Origin: Lysobacterales bacterium
Lineage (GTDB): Bacteria; Pseudomonadota; Gammaproteobacteria; Xanthomonadales; SZUA-5
NCBI GenBank assembly: GCA_022844165.1
Contig: JALHMH010000011.1
Location: 1-64,000 of the forward strand
Length of the DNA: 64,000 nucleotides
Direction of reading: 5' to 3'
Positions 46,886 to 57,779 of the stretch are shown one piece after another. Position 1 is the stretch's first letter, and each line of letters opens with the position of its first letter. Below the pieces are notes generated by a model. That model was not told the DNA's origin and did no database searches. It saw only the letters and a program-made list of their open reading frames with translations. Made by a program: the position numbers and the translations under genes.

Positions 46886-48148
46886 TCACGACGGGTGAAA
46901 CTCGGCCAACGCCATATGCAGCTGCTGCACCATCTCGCGCTCGGCGATCGATAGCAACGGGTTCCAGACATCGAAAATCAACACCACGCGCAGCTCATCG
47001 CTATCGTTGCGCGCTTCGTGTTCGATCGAATCGTCGAATATCAAGACCTCTCCGACTTGCCATTGGCGGCGTTCGAAACCGACGCGGTAGCTGCAGTTGG
47101 GTGGAACGATCAGTGGAAGATGCACCACCAGCCGGGCGTTGGTTTCGCCATGGTGCGGTGGGATGTGCGTCTGAGGCGCCAGGGCCGAGAACATCGCATT
47201 GGGGCAAATGCCATCGAGTCTCGCCAGGTCGATTTCACCCAACGCTGCGGTGGTGATCGGGCAGCGTTGCTGATGTTGTGCCTGCGCCTGCCCATCGCGC
47301 CAAAGGAAATAACTGCTCCAGCGTTTCGAGTGGTTCAACTCGTGCCACTGGTTGACCGGCGTGCCAGGCGCATAGGCGACATACGGTTGAAAATCGGTAT
47401 CGTCAAGGCGATAGGCGTCTTCGAACTCGCGGCGAATCTCCGCCGTTCTGGCCTCGATGGCCCGCGCCCAGGGAAACTGTTCGCGGTCAAAGAACGGTAT
47501 GGCGGGCAAACGTGGGACCAGCAGTCGATTGGGCAGCGACGGATAGGGCTTGGTCTGGCCGGCCAGAACCGCACCCGCCTCTCGCCATCGCTCGGCTTCG
47601 AACGCCGACAAACGCTGTTGCGGTCTGGCCAGAGCGGTGGCCAGATGTGCGGCCAGTTCTTCGCCATACGTCGTGCATTTGCCGCGCGCTTGCAGGAGCT
47701 GCTCGCGAAGCACGGGCGGCCAGCGTGGTTCCGGTGGTGCCGCTTGCAGCGCATTTCGATAATGTTGCGCTGCGGCACGTGCGCCGAACCTGGATTCCAC
47801 ATGGGCTGCCTTGGCCAGCAATCCTCCCAGGTGGTATGGGTCCAGTGTCAACAAGGCTTCGATCGTTTGCGCCTCGCCCTCGATATCCCCGATGGCCTTG
47901 AGTACCACCGCAACACTCATTAACACCATCGGATCGTCTGGCGCCAATAAATGGCTCTGCTGCAACAGCCTCAGCGCGGTCTGCGCGTCGCCACGGCGGT
48001 ACGCGCAGACGCCGATGCCATGCAGTGCCTTAGGGTTCTTGGGGTCGAGTTGCCGCATCTGCACCCAAATGCGCTCGGCATCTTGCCATCGTCCTTGCGA
48101 CGTGGCCTGCTGTGCGGCCTGCTCCATCGCCTGCATTGACAAACTCAT
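46886..48148 (-). CDS. TPR-containing aspartyl/asparaginyl beta-hydroxylase family protein
   Basis: N-terminal TPRs; FS.L.P..HIPPH.G..N..L..HL.L, FDDS.EHEA.N, R.VLI.D.W. Confidence 0.92.
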   Translation of the reverse strand: MSLSMQAMEQAAQQATSQGRWQDAERIWVQMRQLDPKNPKALHGIGVCAYRRGDAQTALRLLQQSHLLAPDDPMVLMSVAVVLKAIGDIEGEAQTIEALLTLDPYHLGGLLAKAAHVESRFGARAAAQHYRNALQAAPPEPRWPPVLREQLLQARGKCTTYGEELAAHLATALARPQQRLSAFEAERWREAGAVLAGQTKPYPSLPNRLLVPRLPAIPFFDREQFPWARAIEARTAEIRREFEDAYRLDDTDFQPYVAYAPGTPVNQWHELNHSKRWSSYFLWRDGQAQAQHQQRCPITTAALGEIDLARLDGICPNAMFSALAPQTHIPPHHGETNARLVVHLPLIVPPNCSYRVGFERRQWQVGEVLIFDDSIEHEARNDSDELRVVLIFDVWNPLLSIAEREMVQQLHMALAEFHPS

Positions 48149-48303
48149 CACGGCTGCTCCAAATCAGATACCTCAGAAGATAGCCGCAATCCAAGCTGCC
48201 TGTGACAAGGAGCGAGGTCCGGGAAACGGCGCGCGGTCAGTGCTTTCGCACCAGGTGTGCCTATGCCTATGATTGTAAGTCGTTATGGCGGACCTCCGGC
48301 TTC

Positions 48304-49644
48304 ATGAATCGTCGTCGTTTTCTGGAGAACACGTTTCAAGCGGGTTTGGCCGCTTCTCTGGGCACCGCGCTCGGATGTGGCAGCAGGCGCGCACAAACCA
48401 AGCGCAATTTCTTGCGCCCCGTGCTGGACGCCACAACAGGCCTTCCGCTGCTGCACTTGCCACCGGATTTTCGTTATTTCTCGTTCGGTTGGGCCGATGA
48501 GGCGTTGGATGGCGGCGGCGTCATTCCCGGGGCGGCCGATGGAATGGGTATTGTTGCCGCGAACGGTCAACGCCTGACGTTGATCCGGAACCACGAGATC
48601 ACCCATGCGCGAGGCGCCTTTGCCTCAACAGTGCGTGCATACGACGAGCGATGCGGCGGTGGCTGTGTGCGACTGGTTCTGGATTTGAACGAGGAGAAGG
48701 TGCTTCGCAAAGAAGCGGCTCTGACTGGCACACTCATTAATTGTGCCGGTGGCATCACGTCGAACCACAGCTGGCTGAGCTGCGAGGAAATCGTCATTGC
48801 GCAGGACGTGCGCAGCGATGACGCGCGCATGGCGCGGGAGATGGGTCTGCAAGAGTCGCACGGTTGGGTGTTTGAGGTACCGAGCGAAGGGCCGTCAAGC
48901 GCCGAACCTATCCGTGGTATGGGCATTTTTCGCCATGAAGCAACGACCGAGGACGCCGCTGGCAACGTCTACCTGACCGAAGATCGCGATTCGGCATGTG
49001 GATTCTATCGATTTACGCCAGAAACCCGGGGGCGCTATCGGTCTGGTCGACTGGAAATGCTCGAAGCGGTCGGCGCGCGGGATCTGCGCGGCGCAATCGC
49101 AAACGGCACTCGCTTTGATGTCCGCTGGGTGCCGATTGACGATCCGGAACGTGCGCACTGGGCCGATCGCGACCAAGGCGGTGTGGTGATGCAGGGCATT
49201 GCGGCGGGCGGCACAAAGTTCTTACGCCTCGAAGGCTGTTTGACAACCAGCGAAGGCATCTGGTTCACATCGACCAGTGGTGGCAGCACGGGCGGCGGTC
49301 AAGTGTGGCGTTTCGATCCGAGGGACCAAACGCTGACCCTGGAACATGATGTGGCCGATCGCGATGTGCTTGACTACCCGGACAACATCGCGACCGGACT
49401 GGGCAATGGACTGGTATTGTGCGAGGACAGCAAGCGCCGTGCGCACCAGAAGTTGATGTGGTTATCGCGCAGCGGTTCGTTGATCACCATCGCCGAGAAC
49501 CACGCTGTTATAGACGGTCGCGACCTCGGTTCCGCCGAATGGGCCGGCGCGTGCGTTTCGCCCGACGGCAAATGGCTGATTGCCAATCTGTACACGCCTG
49601 GCTATAGCGTCGCGATCACCGGCCCCTGGGAGGCGCTTCTCTAG
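48304..49644 (+). CDS. PhoX family (DUF839) alkaline phosphatase, Tat substrate
   Basis: MNRRRFL; DGM, RNHE, NCAGG, WLSCEE, FRHEA, YLTED, PDN, CED. Confidence 0.9.
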   Translation: MNRRRFLENTFQAGLAASLGTALGCGSRRAQTKRNFLRPVLDATTGLPLLHLPPDFRYFSFGWADEALDGGGVIPGAADGMGIVAANGQRLTLIRNHEITHARGAFASTVRAYDERCGGGCVRLVLDLNEEKVLRKEAALTGTLINCAGGITSNHSWLSCEEIVIAQDVRSDDARMAREMGLQESHGWVFEVPSEGPSSAEPIRGMGIFRHEATTEDAAGNVYLTEDRDSACGFYRFTPETRGRYRSGRLEMLEAVGARDLRGAIANGTRFDVRWVPIDDPERAHWADRDQGGVVMQGIAAGGTKFLRLEGCLTTSEGIWFTSTSGGSTGGGQVWRFDPRDQTLTLEHDVADRDVLDYPDNIATGLGNGLVLCEDSKRRAHQKLMWLSRSGSLITIAENHAVIDGRDLGSAEWAGACVSPDGKWLIANLYTPGYSVAITGPWEALL

Positions 49645-49822
49645 AGTCCTTGACGGAGCCGGATCTTGTCAATTGAGTCTGTTTCTTCGGAGCGGCTTTG
49701 GCTTTGGCAGCCCCCTTAAATGAGGGGGGCGATTGAGCGCGCAGCGCTCGATGGGGGTTGTGGCAAGTACGCTGTCTGGCGAAGCCAACAATGCTCGGCG
49801 GTCTGAGGCGAAGCCTCGCTAG
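49641..49822 (+). mobile_element. Dispersed element copy B, apparently complete and bounded by CTAG at both ends
   Basis: CTAG at 49641-49644 (contains the phoX stop) and 49819-49822; colinear with 5128-5305. Confidence 0.8.
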
Positions 49823-49851
49823 CGATTGCGGGTTGCAACCCGCAGTCACGC

Positions 49852-51747
49852 CTAAGCCACTGCGCGCAGCGGCAACACGAAACGCTCGCGTATCGATCGG
49901 GCAATTCCGCTGCTATCGAGCCCTAATTGACTGAGGAGCTTTGCCGGGTCGCCATGCTCGACAAAAATGTCTGGCAAGCCGAGTTGCAGTGTTGCAACGG
50001 CCAGGCCAGCCTGGGCGATCGCTTCAAGGCACGCACTGCCAGCCCCACCCATGATGGCACCCTCTTCGAGGGTGACGACGGCGTCATGGCTGCGGGCCAA
50101 ATCCAGAACCAAGTCGACGTCGAGTGGTTTGACGAAGCGCATGTTGGCCACCGTGGCGTCGAGATCGTCTGCAGCCGCCAGCGCTGGCGCAAGCAGGGAG
50201 CCGAAGACCAAGAGTGCAATACGGCGACCGGCGCCTGCTGCCGTGCGCCTCCGGAGTTCGCCTTTGCCCCAGGGCAGGGTCTGAAGCGAGCTTGCCACCT
50301 GGGCGCCAGGACCGCTGCCGCGTGGGTAGCGCACCGCCGCCGGACCGTTATGCAAAAAAGCGGTCGATAGCAAGGCGCGGCATTCTGCTTCGTCGGCAGG
50401 CGTCAGCACGGCGACATTGGGGACGCAACGAAGATAGGGTATATCGAACGCGCCGCAATGCGTGGGGCCATCGGCGCCGACGATGCCGGCCCGATCGAGC
50501 GCGAAAGTGACCGGCAGGTTTTGCAAGGCAACATCGTGTATCAGCTGATCGTAGGCGCGTTGCAAAAAAGTGGAATAAATGGCGACGACCGGTTTGAGTC
50601 CTTCGCAGGCCAATCCAGCGGCGAATGTAACGGCATGTTGCTCGGCAATGCCGACATCGAAATAGCGCTTGGGAAAGCGCTGTTCGAACTCGACCATGCC
50701 AGAGCCTTCGCGCATGGCCGGGGTGATGCCGACGAGTCGTTCGTCAGCGGCCGCCATGTCGCACAGCCACTGGCCGAAGATCTGCGTGTATGTTTGTTTG
50801 CTGGCTTTGGCCGGTCGGATGCCTTCGCTTGGATTGAACTTGCCAGGGCCGTGGTAGAGCACCGGGTCCGCTTCGGCCAGTTTGTAACCTTGACCCTTCT
50901 TGGTGACCACGTGCAAAAACTGCGGCCCATCGCCTTCGCGAACGCGCGCACGGATGTTCTGCAAGGTCGGGATCAGCGAATCCAGATCGTGGCCATCGAT
51001 CGGGCCAATATAGTTGAACCCGAACTCCTCAAAAATCGTCGCAGGAACGACCATGCCTTTTGCATGTTCCTCCAATCGCCGCGCGAACTCGTAAAGCGGG
51101 GGCGCAATCGACAGCGCTTTGGCGATGCCTTTCTTGGTGTGGGCATAAAACTGGCCACTCATCAGGCGCGCGAGATAACGATTCAACGCTCCGACCGGCG
51201 GCGAAATCGACATATCGTTGTCGTTCAACACCACGATCAGCGGCAATTCGCTGTCTGGCCCGACGTTGTTCATCGCCTCAAAGGCCATGCCCGCCGTCAT
51301 TGCGCCATCGCCAATGACTGCGACGACCTGCCGACGCAGATCGCCCGTGATTGCGCTTGCGGCGGCCATGCCCAGGCCCGCCGAAATCGATGTGCTTGAG
51401 TGTGCCGTGCCGAAGGCATCGTATTGGCTCTCTTCACGTCGCGGAAAGCCGGAGATGCCACCGAGCTGGCGCAGGCTCGACATCTGTGCTCGGCGCCCGG
51501 TCAAGATCTTGTGCGGGTAACTTTGGTGCCCAACATCCCAAATCAGACGATCGTGGGGCGTGTCGAACACATAGTGCAGCGCAATGGTCAGCTCGACCGT
51601 GCCCAGGTTCGATGACAAATGCCCGCCCGTTTGCGACACCGAGTCGAGCACGAACTGACGAAGTTCATCCGCCAGGGTGTGGAGTTGTTCGCGCGCCAGA
51701 CGGCGCAATATGGAGGGATCGTCAATCGTGGGCAGAATGTCGGACAT
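49852..51747 (-). CDS. dxs: 1-deoxy-D-xylulose-5-phosphate synthase
   Basis: [46 protein letters not shown]. Confidence 0.98.
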   Translation of the reverse strand: MSDILPTIDDPSILRRLAREQLHTLADELRQFVLDSVSQTGGHLSSNLGTVELTIALHYVFDTPHDRLIWDVGHQSYPHKILTGRRAQMSSLRQLGGISGFPRREESQYDAFGTAHSSTSISAGLGMAAASAITGDLRRQVVAVIGDGAMTAGMAFEAMNNVGPDSELPLIVVLNDNDMSISPPVGALNRYLARLMSGQFYAHTKKGIAKALSIAPPLYEFARRLEEHAKGMVVPATIFEEFGFNYIGPIDGHDLDSLIPTLQNIRARVREGDGPQFLHVVTKKGQGYKLAEADPVLYHGPGKFNPSEGIRPAKASKQTYTQIFGQWLCDMAAADERLVGITPAMREGSGMVEFEQRFPKRYFDVGIAEQHAVTFAAGLACEGLKPVVAIYSTFLQRAYDQLIHDVALQNLPVTFALDRAGIVGADGPTHCGAFDIPYLRCVPNVAVLTPADEAECRALLSTAFLHNGPAAVRYPRGSGPGAQVASSLQTLPWGKGELRRRTAAGAGRRIALLVFGSLLAPALAAADDLDATVANMRFVKPLDVDLVLDLARSHDAVVTLEEGAIMGGAGSACLEAIAQAGLAVATLQLGLPDIFVEHGDPAKLLSQLGLDSSGIARSIRERFVLPLRAVA

Positions 51748-51865
51748 CGAACGGCTCAGATTTTTTGTAGTGGAACCGTAGCACCGTTGCCATAGACGAG
51801 GAAAGGGCGCTACAAAGACGGTCTCAGGCGCCGTTGGAAATCGATGTCCGGCAAGCTGTTTGGCG

Positions 51866-54013
51866 TCAGGCCAGCAAACTCACATCCGCTGTCTGAAGGA
51901 AGCTTTCGGCCACACGTTTGAGCAGCGCCTGTCGATTGGCGCGTACCGAGGGATCCTCTGCCATCACCATGACACCATCGAAGAAGGCGTTGATCGGCGA
52001 CTGCAATTGCGCCAATTGGGTCAAGCCTTCGACATACTCGCCACGGGCGAAAGCCGGTTCGGCGATTGCGAGAGCCTGCATCAGGCTGGCGTGGAGCGAG
52101 TGTTCGGCCTGGTGTTGATAAAGGGCAGGGGTGGCCGCCAGCGGTAGTGTGCCACCAGCCTCTTCCGACTTGCGCAAAATGTTGCGAATGCGTTTGTTTG
52201 CAGCCACCAGATTCTCGCAGGCTGGCAGCGCTTTGAAGGCCAGCACGGCTTTGAGGCGTCGATCAAAATCGACCAGGTCATGTGGGCGGCGCGCTGCGAC
52301 GGCGTCGAACACGTCCTGCGTGACACCCGCCTCAGTGTAGTAGGCGCGTGTGCGTTCCAGGATGAACTCGTATAGCTCGTCGACCGCTGGCGCGCTCAGA
52401 CGATCGGCAAGTTTTCCCAACAGGCCATGATCGAAGCTCTGGTTCGCGACTTTGGTCAAATAGTCCTTCAAGCTCTGCGCTGGCACGCCGATGATGGCTT
52501 TTTCGAGCATCGTCGGCAGGTCGATTCGTATTCCAGATTCGATCAGCGTACGGGCCAAACCGAGGGCCGCCCGGCGCAGCGCGAAAGGGTCTTTGTTGCC
52601 CGTGGGTTTGATACCAACGGCAAAAATACTGGCCAGTGTGTCGAGGCGTTCGGCAAGGGCCAGCACTTGCCCAAGCGCTGAAGACGCGATCGGCGACGCC
52701 GATTGCCTCGGAGCGTACGCTTCGTCAAGGGCGATCGCCAGCGATTCGCTGTGCCCCTGCGCCAGCGCGTAGGCCCGTCCCATTTGCCCTTGAAGTTCCG
52801 GGAATTCGCCGACCATGCGGCTCATCAGGTCGGCCTTGGCGAGCATGGCGGCCGCAGCAGCGTCATCGGGGTCGATGCCAGCCGCTGGCGCTATGGCGCG
52901 CGCCAGGGCAGCAACGCGCACGGCCTTGTCGTACACGCTGCCAAGTTTCTGCTGATAGGTGACCGTTTTCAGTGCATCCAGGTGCTCGGCGAGTGGCTGT
53001 TTCAGATCCTGGTCGAAGAAAAACGCTGCGTCTGCAAGCCGCGGTCTGACGACCCGTTCGTAACCCTTGCGGATCTCGTCAGGGTCTTTGCTGGCGATAT
53101 TCGCTACGCCGACGAAGCTGGGTAGTAGCCTGCCGTGATCACCGACCACGGGGAAAAACCGCTGGTGGGTTTCGATCGTCGTGACGATCACCGCTTCCGG
53201 CAGCCGCATGAACTCGACCGGCAACGTGCAACCGATCGCGCACGGCCACTCTGTCAGATTGCTGACTTCATCGATCAGGTCGTCAGGCAGGCGCGGTTCG
53301 CCGCCGAGCGAGCGGGCAGCGAGTATCACTTCGTTGCGCACGCGATCGCGGCGCACCGCGGGGTCCACGATCACGTGCACCGCGAACAGGGCATCGATGT
53401 AAACACCCGGCGAGGGGATGGACAGCTCCCCCGGGCTATGGAATCGATGCCCGCGTGTGCGCCGTCCACTGTGCATGCCATAAACCTGTGCTGGAACAAC
53501 CGCATCGCCGAGTAAGGCAATCAGGCCGTGCACCGGGCGCAGGAAGGCGTCGTCGCGATCCGCCCAGCGCATGGGTTTTCCAAGCGGTAGCGACTTCAGG
53601 CTGTCTTCGATGATCGACGGCAGCGCATCCAGAGTCAGTGCGCCCGGCTTTACCTGACGGTGCACCCACCAGGCGCCCTTGTCGGTTTCGAGTTTCTGCA
53701 AGCCATCAATGGCGACGCCGCAGGACTGTGCGAAGCCGAGCAGAGCTTTTCCAGGAGTTCCGTCGATCGTCGATCCGGCGACCGCCGGGCCGCGCTTTTC
53801 CAGAGTTTGTTCCGGCTGCTGCAATGCTACGCCGTCGATGCAGACTGCGATGCGCCGCGGCGTATACAACGATCGCCCGGCGCCATGGGCGATAGCGCTC
53901 TTTTTCAGGCGCGATGTCAGATTGGCGAGCAGACCATCGGCGAGTTCGCGGACCGCCTTGGCCGGCAGTTCTTCACACAAAAGTTCAACTAACAAGTCGG
54001 CGTGGGCAGTCAT
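51866..54013 (-). CDS. glyS: Glycine--tRNA ligase beta subunit
   Basis: LLVEL.CEELP, TPRR, RL.DA.FF...[18 protein letters not shown]. Confidence 0.97.
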   Translation of the reverse strand: MTAHADLLVELLCEELPAKAVRELADGLLANLTSRLKKSAIAHGAGRSLYTPRRIAVCIDGVALQQPEQTLEKRGPAVAGSTIDGTPGKALLGFAQSCGVAIDGLQKLETDKGAWWVHRQVKPGALTLDALPSIIEDSLKSLPLGKPMRWADRDDAFLRPVHGLIALLGDAVVPAQVYGMHSGRRTRGHRFHSPGELSIPSPGVYIDALFAVHVIVDPAVRRDRVRNEVILAARSLGGEPRLPDDLIDEVSNLTEWPCAIGCTLPVEFMRLPEAVIVTTIETHQRFFPVVGDHGRLLPSFVGVANIASKDPDEIRKGYERVVRPRLADAAFFFDQDLKQPLAEHLDALKTVTYQQKLGSVYDKAVRVAALARAIAPAAGIDPDDAAAAAMLAKADLMSRMVGEFPELQGQMGRAYALAQGHSESLAIALDEAYAPRQSASPIASSALGQVLALAERLDTLASIFAVGIKPTGNKDPFALRRAALGLARTLIESGIRIDLPTMLEKAIIGVPAQSLKDYLTKVANQSFDHGLLGKLADRLSAPAVDELYEFILERTRAYYTEAGVTQDVFDAVAARRPHDLVDFDRRLKAVLAFKALPACENLVAANKRIRNILRKSEEAGGTLPLAATPALYQHQAEHSLHASLMQALAIAEPAFARGEYVEGLTQLAQLQSPINAFFDGVMVMAEDPSVRANRQALLKRVAESFLQTADVSLLA

Positions 54014-54447
54014 TCGTCGTCCATCACAGCGGTAAAGAATGGGTTGTGCACGGCGATGCCGAAATAGGATTGGCCGTGGTTCAAATCTTCAGAGTAGATC
54101 ACTTTGCAACTGCCGCGCTCGGCGGCGGCAACGATGAGACTGTCCCACCACGACAACTGATAACGTGCTCTGGCATCGAGTGCTCGCCGGATCATCGCGA
54201 AATCCGGCGTCACCAGCTGGCAATCTCGATAGCGTTCCAGGTAGTCGCGAATTTCCCCGGTTGAGAATGGAAGGCGCCGCTTCGACAGCGCGGCGACGGT
54301 TTCGATCAGGACTTGAGGCGATAGCACCAGGCAATTGGCAGCGATCAGGTCTGCGATCAGACCGAAAGCGACGGGCTGTTTGTGGAGTGCATCAATGTCC
54401 AGTGCGTAAACCAGAACGTTAGTGTCAACGAAGCACGGGCCGGTCAT
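54010..54447 (-). CDS. PIN-domain (VapC-like) toxin
   Basis: FVDTNVLVY, QVLIE, WDSLIVAAA, YSEDL: acidic PIN residues intact. Confidence 0.9.
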   Translation of the reverse strand: MTGPCFVDTNVLVYALDIDALHKQPVAFGLIADLIAANCLVLSPQVLIETVAALSKRRLPFSTGEIRDYLERYRDCQLVTPDFAMIRRALDARARYQLSWWDSLIVAAAERGSCKVIYSEDLNHGQSYFGIAVHNPFFTAVMDDE

Positions 54448-54670
54448 ACAAGGACTCGCGGTCAAATTTTTCGCCGCCTGCCGAGCGCGCCAGTTTGCGC
54501 ACAACGCGCCGGAATTCTTCGGCGCGCGCCTGAGCCGAAGAATCCGCCTCACGCGCCAGCTTGTGCAGATGCTCGCGGAGCATTTGTGTCACTGTTGTGT
54601 TGCGCTCGGCGGCAAGTTTGCGAACCCGGTGCAAGACATCTTCATTCACCGAAAGCGTCAGGTTCTTCAT
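54425..54670 (-). CDS. Ribbon-helix-helix antitoxin (DUF6364/VapB-like)
   Basis: MKNLTLSVNEDVL...RKLAAERNTTV..MLR; C-terminal RESLYDR; overlaps the PIN gene. Confidence 0.85.
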   Translation of the reverse strand: MKNLTLSVNEDVLHRVRKLAAERNTTVTQMLREHLHKLAREADSSAQARAEEFRRVVRKLARSAGGEKFDRESLYDRPVLR

Positions 54671-54677
54671 GACCCAA

Positions 54678-54725
54678 AAACTTAATAAGTTTCAGCAATG
54701 ATAGGCTTTTTCCGAGGACGATCAA
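54678..54725 (-). promoter_or_regulatory. Putative sigma70 promoter and operator of the TA module
   Basis: Minus strand TTGATC-N16-TATCAT followed by palindrome AAACTTA-N-TAAGTTT (54678-54692). Confidence 0.55.
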
Positions 54726-54750
54726 CAATTGAGCGGACTGAACGATCGCG

Positions 54751-55659
54751 TCAATTGTCTCTGGCGCTTGTGCTCGGCGCTGATTTCTCCTGAGTTTCCG
54801 CAACACCGCCGACATACGCCTCCGCCACACCCTTGGCGATCGTGCGCACGCGAAGGATGAAACGTTGACGCTCGGTCACCGAAATGGCGCGTCGGGCGTC
54901 GAGCAAGTTAAAGCAATGGCTGGCTTTGCACACCTGATCGTAGGCAGGAAGTGGCAGTCCAATGGCAGTCAAACGTTGTGCTTCGGATTCGTGATGGTCG
55001 AAAGCATGGAATAGCTCCGCCACGTTGGCTTCTTCGAAGTTGTAGCGGCTCTGTTCGACTTCGTTTTGATGGAACACGTCCCGGTAGGTGACCGTACCGA
55101 ACGGACCTGTCGTCCACACCAGATCGTAGACGTTTTCAACGTTTTGCAAGTACATCGCCAAACGTTCCAGTCCATAGGTGATTTCTCCGGTGACCGGCTT
55201 GCATTCAATGCCGCCGGCCTGCTGGAAGTAAGTGAACTGTGTCACCTCCATGCCATTGAGCCACACTTCCCAGCCCAGGCCCCATGCGCCCAGCGTCGGC
55301 GACTCCCAATTGTCTTCCACGAGGCGCAAGTCGTGCGTGAGCGGATCGATGCCGAGCGCTTTCAGCGAGCCAAAGTACAAATCGAGGATGTTCTTAGGGC
55401 TTGGCTTCAGAACGACCTGGTATTGATAGTAGTGCTGAAGGCGGTTCGGGTTTTCGCCGTACCGCCCGTCTGTTGGTCGTCGCGATGGCTGGACGTAAGC
55501 CGCATGCCAGGGTTTGGGACCGAGGCAGCGCAAAAAAGTGGCTGGGTGGAAGGTGCCGGCGCCCACCTCCGTGTCCAGTGGCTGGATGAGTACGCAGCCT
55601 TGGTCCGCCCAGTATTGGTTAAGGCGTTGGATGACATCTTGAAAGCTCGGCGCAGGCAT
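54751..55659 (-). CDS. glyQ: Glycine--tRNA ligase alpha subunit
   Basis: [37 protein letters not shown]. Confidence 0.98.
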   Translation of the reverse strand: MPAPSFQDVIQRLNQYWADQGCVLIQPLDTEVGAGTFHPATFLRCLGPKPWHAAYVQPSRRPTDGRYGENPNRLQHYYQYQVVLKPSPKNILDLYFGSLKALGIDPLTHDLRLVEDNWESPTLGAWGLGWEVWLNGMEVTQFTYFQQAGGIECKPVTGEITYGLERLAMYLQNVENVYDLVWTTGPFGTVTYRDVFHQNEVEQSRYNFEEANVAELFHAFDHHESEAQRLTAIGLPLPAYDQVCKASHCFNLLDARRAISVTERQRFILRVRTIAKGVAEAYVGGVAETQEKSAPSTSARDN

Positions 55660-55702
55660 GGTTCGAACGTTGAACGAAGATTCCCCATTCTCGCACGCCG
55701 GG

Positions 55703-56557
55703 CTACAAGCGCGTTGCAACGAATGCACCGACATCCTTCAGAACGGCCTCGTCCGCTGCACGGACACCAGGGTTTGCGGCGCTCGCTTCGAAGTACGCAG
55801 CGATTGTGATAACGCGACCTTGATGCCAGATCACGGCAATGTCGTTGATCTTGTCGTGCATCACATCAGCGAGACCGGTGCCGGTTTTATCGCCTGCGAC
55901 GATGTTCTCGGGCAAGCCGGCGCGCAATCGGCGCAGGCCGGTTTGGGTTTCGATCATCCAGCGCCGGAGGGTTTCTTGTGCCGTCGCGGATACCCCATCG
56001 GCACTGAACAGGTGCGCCAATAGCCCAGCCATGGCACGCGGGGTCGTTGTGTCGCGGACTTCACCGGGTGGAACCAGGTTCATCTCCGTTTCGTAACGGT
56101 CCAAGCGCGTCTTTGAATCGCCCATCTCGCGACAGAACTCGTTGAACGCGGCGGGGCCGCCCAGTTGGCGCAACAGCAAATTGGCGGCGAGGTTGTCGCT
56201 GGTTTTTTGTGCCGCTTCTGCCAGTTCGACGACGCGCATCGATTGGCCCAGGTACGGCTCGGTGCTCGGCATGTGCATGATCCGATCCGACTCGCGAATG
56301 GCGAGTCTTTTATTCAAGGAGATTTTTCCCTGATCGGCCCGGTGCAGCACCATTGCCGCCAACGCCAGCTTAAAGGTCGAACACAGTCCAAAACGTTCGT
56401 CCGCGCGATGGCCGGTGGACGTTTCGCCGTCATCGAGAAAGACGCCTAATCGACCACCCGAATGACGTTCTATGGCTGCGAGTTCGTTCTCCCTTGCATA
56501 GGCCAGCAGCGGCACAGTCAGGGCGGCACCGAGCAGGCCGCGACGCGATAAGTTCAT
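55703..56557 (-). CDS. Class A beta-lactamase, Tat-type signal
   Basis: STFK, SDN, omega loop [11 protein letters not shown]; MNLSRRGLL. Confidence 0.95.
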   Translation of the reverse strand: MNLSRRGLLGAALTVPLLAYARENELAAIERHSGGRLGVFLDDGETSTGHRADERFGLCSTFKLALAAMVLHRADQGKISLNKRLAIRESDRIMHMPSTEPYLGQSMRVVELAEAAQKTSDNLAANLLLRQLGGPAAFNEFCREMGDSKTRLDRYETEMNLVPPGEVRDTTTPRAMAGLLAHLFSADGVSATAQETLRRWMIETQTGLRRLRAGLPENIVAGDKTGTGLADVMHDKINDIAVIWHQGRVITIAAYFEASAANPGVRAADEAVLKDVGAFVATRL

Positions 56558-56691
56558 AGGTCCCCCAGTTGTGGAGACACCACGCTACGGTGAGCTTCGG
56601 CCGAATCTGTGGCGCTGGCGAGGCACAAATCAGACAAGCTTGAATGCAATCGGCGCTTCCACCGGGAACCTGGGCACGCTAAATTGCAGGC

Positions 56692-57330
56692 ATGACGCAA
56701 ATCCTGATCGCCGACGACCACCCGCTGTTTCGCCAGGCTTTGGCGATGAGCGTGCGTGCGGTGATCGATGCTGATGTGTCCGAAGCCGCCTCACTGGAGG
56801 CCGTGCATCGGAATCTGGGCGAACATCCCGATACCGACCTGTTACTGCTCGACTTGCATATGCCAGGTAGCCATGGGCTGGCGGGACTGGCTTCAGTGCG
56901 CTCGCGTCATCCTCAGGTCGCAGTGGCGATGGTGTCGGGAAACGATGATCCGACTGTCATGCGCAAAGCCCTTGCAGCGGGAGCGCAGGCCTTCATCCCC
57001 AAAAGCGCCCCGCCCGAGCAGCTGGGCGAGGCGTTACGCGCAGTGTTCGCATGCCAGGTTTGGCTGCCGCCCGGTGTTCGTATGATCGGCAGTGATCCGG
57101 AGATCGACAAGCTCGGGCGGCTGACGCCGCAGCAGTTTCGAGTATTGGAGTTGGTCGCCGGCGGTAAACTCAACAAGCAGATCGCCGATGCGCTAGGCAT
57201 TCAAGAACGGACCGTCAAAGCGCACCTTCAGGCGATCTTTGAGAAACTCGGTGTGCGCAATCGCACTCAGGCCGGCGTCGCCCTGCGCGAACTGGCGCTG
57301 GCTGATCCTTCGCGCGGCGATTTCGGATGA
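56692..57330 (+). CDS. NarL/LuxR family response regulator
   Basis: ADDHP, LLDLHMPG, LT.QQ..VL.L...G..NKQIA. Confidence 0.95.
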   Translation: MTQILIADDHPLFRQALAMSVRAVIDADVSEAASLEAVHRNLGEHPDTDLLLLDLHMPGSHGLAGLASVRSRHPQVAVAMVSGNDDPTVMRKALAAGAQAFIPKSAPPEQLGEALRAVFACQVWLPPGVRMIGSDPEIDKLGRLTPQQFRVLELVAGGKLNKQIADALGIQERTVKAHLQAIFEKLGVRNRTQAGVALRELALADPSRGDFG

Positions 57331-57779
57331 TCGAGCAGGCGTTCACCGATCTGATCTTGCGTCACAACCGCTCGCCGCTGGGGCGCGCTCGAATCGAATT
57401 TCCGAGTTTCACGGCGCGCGGTGCGAACCCGCTCTGCGGCGACGAGCTGACGCTCGATGGTCTGATCATCGATGGCCAACTCGTTGCCCTCGGATACGAG
57501 ATCGAAGCCAGCGCTTTGACGTTGGCGTCGACCTCGATCATGGTTGAGCTGTCCCAGGGCCATAGCGTCAACGACGTGCGCGTCCTTTGCAGGGCAACGC
57601 TTGGCTACCTGGCTGGCGAAAACACCGCGCCGCGATCAGAACTGGAAGCATTCGCCAGCGTCTTAGGTTACCGAAATCGGCTGAAAACCCTGACGCTGCC
57701 ATGGGCGACCTTACACGGCGCGCTCGAAGGTCGTTTGGAGACCACTACGGAAATCGCCTTGAAAGGAGAATCACTGTGA
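57327..57779 (+). CDS. SufU/IscU-like protein (degenerate)
   Basis: GANPLCGDE, AS.S.M, R.K..TLPW. Confidence 0.75.
   Translation: MIEQAFTDLILRHNRSPLGRARIEFPSFTARGANPLCGDELTLDGLIIDGQLVALGYEIEASALTLASTSIMVELSQGHSVNDVRVLCRATLGYLAGENTAPRSELEAFASVLGYRNRLKTLTLPWATLHGALEGRLETTTEIALKGESL

Noticed and set aside
48149-48303. Pho box upstream of phoX (also checked upstream of the phytase)
   Set aside because: No convincing tandem CTGTCAT-like repeats at 11-bp spacing
52385-52490. Apparent ~20-aa insertion in GlyS
   Set aside because: Falls in a region I recall as length-variable; no intein features
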